Below, in pieces: positions 57,801 through 64,000 of a stretch of 64,000 bases of DNA (its first letter is position 1; each line of letters starts with the position of its first letter). The DNA is taken from positions 65,045-129,044 of the forward strand of contig JBEKLM010000001.1 of NCBI GenBank assembly GCA_050010195.1, read 5' to 3'. The position numbers and the translations under genes were made by a program. Below the pieces are notes generated by a model. That model searched no databases and was not told where the DNA came from. It saw only the letters and a list, made by a program, of their open reading frames with translations. This DNA comes from Verrucomicrobiia bacterium (GTDB taxonomy: Bacteria > Verrucomicrobiota > Verrucomicrobiia > Palsa-1439).

Positions 57801-58103
57801 GATTTGTCTTACGACGAAGCGAAACGGAATGGAAAATTGCGCAATCGGTCGGATCTGCACGAGGCCATTATTCACGGCGCGGTGAAACGTATTCGTCCAA
57901 AGATGATGACGGTCGGCGCGGCGGTGATGGGGTTGATGCCGATCATGTGGTCGGTCGGGAGCGGCGCGGACATGATGAAACGGATTGCCGCCCCGATGGT
58001 GGGCGGATTGTTCACATCGTTCCTGATGGAATTGCTGGTCTACCCCGCAATTTATCTGCTCTGGAAAGGGCGCGAGCAGAAGACGACTGGAACAGTCGGG
58101 TAA
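54849..58103 (+). CDS. cusA: Heavy-metal efflux RND transporter CusA/CzcA family
   Basis: 1084 aa, 12 TM, conserved HME-RND TM4 motif (…AIGVLVDGAIVEVEN…) and two large periplasmic loops. Confidence 0.9.
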   Translation: MIKRIIEFSARNRLLVVLLVAAAVAYSFYTMKNIRLDAIPDLSDTQVIVFTKWDRSPDIVEDQVTYPIISALLGAPRVKAIRGASDFGFSYVYVIFEDGTDLYWARSRVNEYLSKITGQLPAGVRPELGPDATGVGWVYQYALVDKSGKHSLADLRSYQDWVLRYALQSVPGVAEVAGLGGFQKQYQVTVDPVKLQAYSVGVVDIMDAIKRSNNEVGGRLIEWNGKEFMVRGRGYVKSTEDLGLIAVKTTKAGTPVLLRDVADIALGPQIRRGVADLNGDADVVGGIVIMRHGENALNVIERVKAKLAEIKSSMPEGVEVVSTYDRSELIRKSIDNLKDDLIMEMIIVSFVILFFLWHIPSAIVPIITIPVSVALAFIPMYFMGITSNIMSLAGIAISIGVLVDGAIVEVENAYKKLERWKEEGGQGDFHKIRLEALMEVGPSVFFSLLVIAVAFLPVFTLVDQEGRLFKPLAITKTLAMALAALLAITLDPAVRMLFTRMEPFQLRPRWLAKVMDGVFVGKYYPEEKHPVSRVLFWLYEKPCRLVLRHPKTTIALAAVIVATTVPVYLQLGHEFMPPLNEGSILYMPTTFPGISVTEAERLMETQDRILKQFPEVVSVHGKAGRSDTSTDPAPFSMMETVVQLKPVSEWPPKQRFFSSWPGPLRAMLGHIWPEHISQEELINEMDRAVQIPGSVNAWTMPIKNRIDMLATGIRTPVGVKVFGANLDEIQRIGERVEGILRNVPGTRSIFAERAAGGYFVDITPRREALARYGLTIDDVQNVIMTAIGGETISTTIEGRERYSINLRYPRDLRENIDQLERVLVMAPMGRQVPLKEVADISLVNGPSMIRDENGMLAGYVYVDITGRDVGGYVEDAKRAVAAELKLPTGYSIIWSGQYENMLRVRERLKIVLPVTIAVIFLLLYANTKSSFKALIIMLAVPFSLVGAVWLLWLLNYNISIAVWVGMIALMGLDAETGVFMLLFLDLSYDEAKRNGKLRNRSDLHEAIIHGAVKRIRPKMMTVGAAVMGLMPIMWSVGSGADMMKRIAAPMVGGLFTSFLMELLVYPAIYLLWKGREQKTTGTVG

Positions 58104-58179
58104 AATGGTGGATAGTAAGGAAAGAATCGTTGGTGGCGAAATCCTGATCGGAACCGAACAATCAAGCAGGAGGAAGTCT

Positions 58180-58542
58180 ATGAAAACGTTCGTGGCATTC
58201 AGTGTGGCAATTGTTGTCGCTGGTTTGATCGTGGCCGGGAACATCCGGGCGGCGGATGCAGACAGCACTATCACCGTCAAAGGCGAAGTGTTGGACATGG
58301 CCTGTTACCTCGACCACGGCGCGCACGGCGAGAAGCACGCGCAGTGTGCCGCGACCTGCATCGAGTCGGGTTTGCCCGTGGGCATCAAGGGCGAGGACGG
58401 GAAGACGTATCTGCTGGTCGGTGAGCACAAGCCCCTCAACTCGACGCTGGCGCAATACGCCGGCAAAACGATTACCGTCAAGGGCAAGCTCGCCAGCCGT
58501 GACGGGATCAACATGATCGAAAACGCCGAGATTCAGAAGTAG
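58180..58542 (+). CDS. Small periplasmic Cys/His-rich protein downstream of cusA (candidate metal-binding accessory protein)
   Basis: SD aggagg 8 nt upstream of the ATG; signal/TM MKTFVAFSVAIVVAGLIVAGNIRAA; MACYLDHGAHGEKHAQCAATC. Confidence 0.5.
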   Translation: MKTFVAFSVAIVVAGLIVAGNIRAADADSTITVKGEVLDMACYLDHGAHGEKHAQCAATCIESGLPVGIKGEDGKTYLLVGEHKPLNSTLAQYAGKTITVKGKLASRDGINMIENAEIQK

Positions 58543-58552
58543 TCAGGATTCG

Positions 58553-59095
58553 GTGCAGCATCGGGCGGTCGCGCCCAGGATGACTGAATTGCACGACTTC
58601 CTGCAGCAGCTTCGGCAGCCCGAGTATGTTCACGTGCTGCTCAATCCGATTCCGGTCTACGCGATGGCGAGCGGGATTCTGGCGTTGATTGTTGCGTTGA
58701 TCCTGCGGAGTCGGCCCGCCCAGATCACGGCGTTTGTCGTCGTGATTTTCGCCGCGCTCTCCGTGTGGCCCGTGGGAGAATATGGCGAGCGCGCTTCCGA
58801 CCGCGTGTATTCCATGTCGAACAAGGAGGCGCAGCAATGGCTGGATGTCCACAGGCACCGCGCCGACGTCGGGGAATGGGTGTTTTACGTGACGGCAGCC
58901 GTTGCGGCAGTGGCGCTGGCGGTGCCGCGATTTCGTCCGCGCACGCAGTTGCCGCTCGCATTGGCCACGCTCGTGCTTGCGCTGGCCTCACTGGGCGTGG
59001 GCGCGTGGATCAGTCGCGCGGGCGGGAAGATTCGCCATTCGGAATTCCGCAACGGCCCGCCGCCGAATCCCGTGATGCACGACGAAGAGCATTAG
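58553..59095 (+). CDS. Membrane protein, hypothetical (4 TM)
   Basis: Hydrophobic segments; last gene of the same-strand cus cluster. Confidence 0.35.
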   Translation: MQHRAVAPRMTELHDFLQQLRQPEYVHVLLNPIPVYAMASGILALIVALILRSRPAQITAFVVVIFAALSVWPVGEYGERASDRVYSMSNKEAQQWLDVHRHRADVGEWVFYVTAAVAAVALAVPRFRPRTQLPLALATLVLALASLGVGAWISRAGGKIRHSEFRNGPPPNPVMHDEEH

Positions 59096-59150
59096 AGGGC
59101 AACTCGCGCCGACGGCCTCGGAGAACACGCAAACTTCGTGGATGGAATGT

Positions 59151-59960
59151 TCAGCGACTTCTTTGGGCGACCGCTTTGAAAAAGGTGTAGCAAAACACAC
59201 CATCGGGATGCGTGGTTCGATACAGATCCTCGATGCCCTTATCAAAATCGGCTCGGCTGATGATTCCGGCGTCGACAGCTGAATCGCGGACGCCTTCAAT
59301 CATGGCGGTGAAGGTCTTCTTGGTAAAGCCGTCCACCAACTCCGGCTTGCTGGAATCGACATAGACCATTCGCGGCGAGACGCGGATCGATCCAAATCCC
59401 GCACTGTGCAAGAGGGGGTAGAGTTCCCGTCCGATCTCGGCATTGCCACCGGCCCTTCTCTGCAGTTCGATCTGGCATTGGATCGCGTTACGAGCCGACT
59501 CGCTGTCGGGGTGAAAACAGGTCGAACCATGATCGCCTTCGATGACCGTGATGGTGCCACCGATTGTGAGGAGGTTCTTGAGCGCCTGTAACGCCTCCAC
59601 TGGACGGGACAAATGCTCCAGCACAAAGCAAACAAAGACGTGGTCGAAAGACTCCGGACCGAAAGGCAAATGAAAGATGTCGGCCTGTTGGAACTGCACG
59701 TTCGTCAGACCGGCTGATGCTGCCTTCCCTTTTGCTTCGGCAAGGGAACTCTCCGATATGTCGACGGATGTAATCAGCGCGTGCGGGCTGTTTCGCGCCA
59801 GCGTGAGTGTCTGAGCGCCGACGCCACAGCCCGCTTCCAGGACCCGGCACCCGGCGGGATAAGAGGTGTCGGAGTGCAACAACTCAATCAGGGTGGTGGC
59901 CTGGTCCTGCAACCGCATATTTTCTCGTTGATGGTATCCGTGAACGTAGGGAGCATCCAT
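59151..59960 (-). CDS. Class I SAM-dependent methyltransferase
   Basis: VLEAGCGVGAQT motif I, post-I acidic residue (SVDIS), motif II FDHVFVCFVLEH. Confidence 0.85.
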   Translation of the reverse strand: MDAPYVHGYHQRENMRLQDQATTLIELLHSDTSYPAGCRVLEAGCGVGAQTLTLARNSPHALITSVDISESSLAEAKGKAASAGLTNVQFQQADIFHLPFGPESFDHVFVCFVLEHLSRPVEALQALKNLLTIGGTITVIEGDHGSTCFHPDSESARNAIQCQIELQRRAGGNAEIGRELYPLLHSAGFGSIRVSPRMVYVDSSKPELVDGFTKKTFTAMIEGVRDSAVDAGIISRADFDKGIEDLYRTTHPDGVFCYTFFKAVAQRSR

Positions 59961-60048
59961 GGTTTCACTTTGCCTGTTTGGGACCGAAATTACAGTGCAA
60001 AGTTCGATGCCGGGAACAACGCGATTCTGTGCGGTGCACTACGCCGGG

Positions 60049-60564
60049 TCAGGCGTCCGGGCGAAGGAGGTCGACATACGCGCCTTCGATCAACTGCTGC
60101 GGGGAAATGCCAAGCTTGGCCAGTAATTCATGGGCGACCCTGACTCCGGACTCGGTGGTTTCGTCTTCCGAAAGAACCACTTCCAGTTCGAGGAAATCTC
60201 CGAGTCCTTCGACACGGTCCAGGTGTACCCGTGTTCTTCCCACCATGAAGAGCGTGCGATGTTTACGGACCCGGCCACATTGTCCAAACGCGAGCGAGAG
60301 AACTTCACGGAGCGTGTTGGGCGATGCGGTCGGCGAAATGACATAAAACGACTCTTTCGGGCCGGCTCTGTCGGGGCGCTGATAGAAGATCAACTCGCCG
60401 CTGGTTTCTGAAAACGCACGGAGTTTCAGTCGCCCGTTCGGACAGGAGAAAAACGTGTCGTCTTGGACGATTTCGGTCGGCCCGGTGTCGGCGACGGCTC
60501 GGACGCGTGGCAGCAGTTTGTCGACACTCTCGACGCGCGCCTTGATTTCAACGTTTCGGGGCAT
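60049..60564 (-). CDS. CYTH-domain protein (CyaB-like class IV adenylate cyclase / triphosphate tunnel metalloenzyme)
   Basis: N-terminal EIKARV (ExExK) motif, ~171 aa beta-tunnel family signature residues. Confidence 0.7.
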   Translation of the reverse strand: MPRNVEIKARVESVDKLLPRVRAVADTGPTEIVQDDTFFSCPNGRLKLRAFSETSGELIFYQRPDRAGPKESFYVISPTASPNTLREVLSLAFGQCGRVRKHRTLFMVGRTRVHLDRVEGLGDFLELEVVLSEDETTESGVRVAHELLAKLGISPQQLIEGAYVDLLRPDA

Positions 60565-60611
60565 TTCCTTCTACCGTCGGTGACGATTGGAATGGCGATC
60601 CCGCACCGAAA

Positions 60612-63173
60612 TTAATCGTCGTTATCCGCGTTGGCCTTCGCGTCGCCGTGGATGACGACGAAGGCGGCGCGGGTGGGGGCGGGGGCGTGGGAATTCTCGC
60701 CGCGGACGGAGCGCCAGATGACTTCGTTGAGGAGCAGATCATCGGCGGCATCTTCCTTGGTGAAATCCATCGTCCGGGAGATTTCCGTACCCCAACTGAC
60801 CTTGGTGTTGAGCTCATCGAGGTCGATGCGCGCGGGAAGGGCGGTGTAGCTGGTCAGGTCGGGCTTGCCCTGGAAGGCGGCAAACATCGGCACGGCAGCG
60901 GCATCGAATTGCGACATCGGCTTGAGGCCGAGGATCAACTCGATCGTGCGCAGCATGCTGCTGGTGGAGTACATGGTGGAATCGACCGCGTGGCGTTTGA
61001 TGTACGGGCTGGCGATGAAGGCCAGCGTGCGATGCGCGTCCACGTGGTCGGCCCCGTTCTGCGCGTCGTCTTCGAGGATGAAAATGGCGGTCTGCGGCCA
61101 GAATTTGGAGCGGCTGATGCCTTCGACGATGCGGCCGAGCGCGGCGTCGTTGTCGGCGATGTACGCGCTGGGTGTTCGTTTGCCCTGGCGCACGCCGTTG
61201 GTGTGATCGCCGGGCAGTCGAACCACCTGCAAGCGGGGCATGTCGCCGTCGTCCTCGAATCGCTTGAGTTCATGGAGGAAACGATCAGCGCGTTTGGCGT
61301 CCGGATAATCGAGGTCGAACCCGCGATACATTTCGTCGAGATGACCGCGCAACGCTTTGACGCGCGGGGTCGACGGGTCCATGGGTGTTTTTCCATTGGC
61401 AACAAATTCGCCATAGCTGCGATAGCTCAGGCCGGCATCCGCGGCCCGGTCCCAGAGATAGCCACCCGCCGGTGTGGCCATGGGGAAGACACCTTCCGCG
61501 GGGTAGACGTATTTCCTGCTCTGGTTGTGACCGTACTGGAGTCGCCACATCTTTTGGACGAAATCACTCGCGTATGCGCCCATGGTCCACTCGTGTCCGT
61601 CGGCGCTGATTTCGGCGTCGGCGTAAAAGTTGTCGAGCAGAACGAAGTCACGGGCCAACTGGTGCTGGTTCGGCGTCACTTCCTCGGGGAACAGACAGAG
61701 GTTCGTGTCGCCGTTGCCCTCCTTCATGTCGCCCAGGACCTGATCGTACGTGCGGTTCTCTTTGATGACGTAGAAGACATACTTGATGGGGCTCGGGTCG
61801 CCGGGCGTCTGCGGAATCGGGTTGTCATCGGGACGCGCGGCGGTCACCGAGGTGTCCGCCTTGAGTGGACTGCAACGGTAGGCGGCGGCGGTGTAGACCA
61901 CGAGTTGATTATCAAGTTCGTCGCGCGAGCGCGGCAAATCAATTACGCTCAGGGCGCCCTTGAGAAGTTGGGCAATATACTGTGGAAGCGTTTCCGCGCG
62001 ACTCTTGCGGCCGGGTTGCGGGCCATTCGGGTTGGCCATCGGGAGGATGCCTTTGCCGTTGCTGACAAGCAGGTGCCGGCCGTCGGGCGTCACGCGAACG
62101 GAAGTTGGATACCAACCGACAGGGATGAAACCGAGCGAGTGGCTGTGGCCGGGCGCGCTAACGTCGAACACGGCGAGATTGTTGTTGCCGGCGTTGGCGA
62201 CGAAGAGGATTTTCCCATCGGGCGTGAGGGCCAGGCTGTTGGGGGTCGAGCCGGAGGGCGCATTGGGATAGAGCGCCGCGGTGAGCGTTTCCAGGGTCTT
62301 GCCGGTTTCCGTGTCGAACACGGTGACGGTGTTGCGGTTGGCGTTGGCGACGAAGAGCGTATTGCCATTGGCGGTCAGGACCATTTCATTGGGATGTTCC
62401 TGGGTGGGCCAGCGGGCGATTACTTTCTGCGAATCCAAATCGACCACGGCGACCTCGGCGTTACCCCACAGGCTGACGTAACACCGGTGGCGTTTCTCGT
62501 CGATGCGGCAGGCATACGGGAACACGCCCAGGTGATTGAGTTCGATGTCGACCGAATGCGCCGCCTTGGTGACGGTTTCGAACGAGTTGGTCAATGAGTT
62601 GGGCGTCAAGGGGACGTCGACGACGGTGTTCGTGTGCAAATCGACGAGCGAAACGCTCTGCCCATAGAGATTCGCGACGCAGAGTTCCTTCAAGTTGGAA
62701 TCGACGGCCAATCCAGCCGCGATCCCGACGTTATTGGTGCTGCGCAGTTGGATGTCGTGTGGATCTGTAAGAAGGCCGTCCTGGAAATGATAACTGTGGA
62801 TGACTTCGTCGCTGGCGCCGCTGCAAAACAGTTGTGAACCGTCGCGGGAGAACTCGACCCCGTAGAAGCCTTCGTGGAGCGGGACGTTGGTGACCACTTT
62901 CTCCGTCTTCAAATCCACGATCCAGAGCCCGTGCTGGCTGTCACCCGTGTGCAGGATCGCGGCGAACCGGCTCGTGGGATCGACGGCGATATTAATGGGA
63001 AAGTCGCCCAGTTGTATTTGCCGTCCGACGGGACGAAGCGACCACTGGTTTGGCAACAGGACGGAGCCGTCGGGCCGTTGGCCGGGCAATGAAACCGGCG
63101 TCCTGGCATCCCGGGCCAGTGAAAAGGCCGCGCTCCCCAACAGAACCGCAACACTCAGCATGAGCCTGTACAT
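60612..63173 (-). CDS. Secreted bifunctional protein: N-terminal YVTN-type beta-propeller fused to C-terminal phosphoesterase-family (PLC/acid-phosphatase-like) domain
   Basis: Signal peptide MYRLMLSVAVLLGSAAFSLA at revcomp ATG 63171-63173. Repeated …LYVANxxxNTVSVFD… propeller blades. C-terminal YVFYVIKENRTYDQVLGD… phosphoesterase motifs. The ORF-track 218-aa upstream extension is Arg/Gly-rich and likely untranslated. Confidence 0.7.
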   Translation of the reverse strand: MYRLMLSVAVLLGSAAFSLARDARTPVSLPGQRPDGSVLLPNQWSLRPVGRQIQLGDFPINIAVDPTSRFAAILHTGDSQHGLWIVDLKTEKVVTNVPLHEGFYGVEFSRDGSQLFCSGASDEVIHSYHFQDGLLTDPHDIQLRSTNNVGIAAGLAVDSNLKELCVANLYGQSVSLVDLHTNTVVDVPLTPNSLTNSFETVTKAAHSVDIELNHLGVFPYACRIDEKRHRCYVSLWGNAEVAVVDLDSQKVIARWPTQEHPNEMVLTANGNTLFVANANRNTVTVFDTETGKTLETLTAALYPNAPSGSTPNSLALTPDGKILFVANAGNNNLAVFDVSAPGHSHSLGFIPVGWYPTSVRVTPDGRHLLVSNGKGILPMANPNGPQPGRKSRAETLPQYIAQLLKGALSVIDLPRSRDELDNQLVVYTAAAYRCSPLKADTSVTAARPDDNPIPQTPGDPSPIKYVFYVIKENRTYDQVLGDMKEGNGDTNLCLFPEEVTPNQHQLARDFVLLDNFYADAEISADGHEWTMGAYASDFVQKMWRLQYGHNQSRKYVYPAEGVFPMATPAGGYLWDRAADAGLSYRSYGEFVANGKTPMDPSTPRVKALRGHLDEMYRGFDLDYPDAKRADRFLHELKRFEDDGDMPRLQVVRLPGDHTNGVRQGKRTPSAYIADNDAALGRIVEGISRSKFWPQTAIFILEDDAQNGADHVDAHRTLAFIASPYIKRHAVDSTMYSTSSMLRTIELILGLKPMSQFDAAAVPMFAAFQGKPDLTSYTALPARIDLDELNTKVSWGTEISRTMDFTKEDAADDLLLNEVIWRSVRGENSHAPAPTRAAFVVIHGDAKANADNDD

Positions 63174-63316
63174 AATCCCGCGGCGGATTATGACGGTCTT
63201 TCTTCGGTTGTAAAGTCGGGACAAGGTCCGGGGGTACTCTCGGCTTCTCCGACATTGACAGGTCTTCGAAGTGCGCTGGCTCATGGTTTTTCTCTTGTTT
63301 GGTTGAATGATTCGAT

Positions 63317-63961
63317 TTAATCGGCGTAGCCGTCGGCCTTGGCCGGCCAAGCCGCGGCGAAAAGCAGTGTCCCCAGGATCGTCGCGATCAGGAGCACCCA
63401 GAAAGCCGCGTCCCATCCGTGGTCCTCTACCAGCTTGCCCAGTCCCCATCCCGAAAGCACTGTGCTCGCATAACCAAAAATGCTGGTCAGCCCGACAGCC
63501 GTACCAGCAGCCCGTTTGGTGGCCAGATTGGCAGCCGTAACCGCCAGCAGGCATTGTGGGCCATAGATGAAAAAGCCCACCGCGCCCAGCATGGCTGTTG
63601 TCAGCAACTCGGATTTCACCGGCACCTTCCAGAAGACCAGAACCGAAACGCCTGCCAGAATCATATAGATGAGGCACATCCGCGCGGCGCGTCCCGCCAG
63701 CCAGCGGTCCGTGAGCCGTCCGCCGATCAAAGCGCCCATCAGCCCGCAGGCTTCGAATGCCACGACCATCCAGGCCGCGTGCCGAATCTCGATGTGCTTG
63801 GCCTGCATCAGCATGGTCGGACCCCAATCCAGCACGGCGAAACGGACTGTGTACACGAAAAAATTGGCGATGGAGACGAGCCAGATATATTTGTTCTTGA
63901 AGACCCGCTCGATCACGAATGCCCGGAACTCCGCGCGCGAGTGCTCTTGCGATCCTGCCAT
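63317..63961 (-). CDS. C-terminal six-TM half of a GlpT/UhpC-like organophosphate:phosphate antiporter (MFS); possibly split or truncated gene
   Basis: Sequence begins in the central loop region typical of GlpT-family MFS (…FKNKYIWLVSIANFFVYTVRF…) and carries 6 TM. An in-frame TAG lies 15 nt upstream of the first ATG. Confidence 0.5.
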   Translation of the reverse strand: MAGSQEHSRAEFRAFVIERVFKNKYIWLVSIANFFVYTVRFAVLDWGPTMLMQAKHIEIRHAAWMVVAFEACGLMGALIGGRLTDRWLAGRAARMCLIYMILAGVSVLVFWKVPVKSELLTTAMLGAVGFFIYGPQCLLAVTAANLATKRAAGTAVGLTSIFGYASTVLSGWGLGKLVEDHGWDAAFWVLLIATILGTLLFAAAWPAKADGYAD

Positions 63962-64000
63962 GTGCGTGCCCTCTACTTCAGGCAGTCCAACGGACGGAGG

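Noticed and set aside
60648-62597. 649-aa plus-strand ORF opposite the propeller-phosphoesterase gene
   Set aside because: Gly/Val/Ala/Arg-rich shadow ORF; the minus-strand gene has a signal peptide and repeated propeller blades.

Overview
High-GC (~60-65%) bacterial chromosomal segment; the gene content suggests a Planctomycetota- or Verrucomicrobiota-like organism, but phylum is an inference. Most of the window is densely packed housekeeping genes. These include a DegP/HtrA protease pair, rho, coaE, hpt, a MoaD-MoaE fusion, queC, dnaE, holA, AddAB-type helicase-nuclease, LptF/G, YfhO, a DAHP synthase and DsbD. There is a large metal-homeostasis cluster: ECF sigma/anti-sigma, a CpxP-like protein, a CusCBA-type RND pump, small Cys/His periplasmic proteins and a 777-aa membrane protein with a CPxH...CxxC heavy-metal-binding domain. 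Three stretches stand out. (1) A ~3.2-kb low-GC islet (24350-27560) carries two toxin-antitoxin/defence-like two-gene modules. One is an unknown 220-aa protein translationally coupled to an HTH_XRE-ImmA/IrrE (HEXXH) metallopeptidase fusion. The other is a Panacea/DUF4065 antitoxin-like gene coupled to a 2-TM membrane protein. (2) Directly downstream, the DAHP synthase gene is preceded by what reads as a classical ribosome-mediated transcription attenuator. It has a 29-codon leader ORF containing six consecutive aromatic codons (Tyr-Tyr-Trp-Phe-Tyr-Phe), mutually exclusive anti-antiterminator, antiterminator and terminator hairpins, and a U-tract. (3) A second low-GC islet (45740-47890) sits between the metal-binding membrane protein and dsbD, with hypothetical genes and a 15-nt direct repeat. 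A lower-GC PIF1-family helicase gene is wedged between rho and a DUF362 gene. A repeat-rich non-coding region (23115-23600) carries short tandem motifs and TGTAGG-plus-hairpin units. The many long antisense ORFs are high-GC shadow ORFs and were not called.
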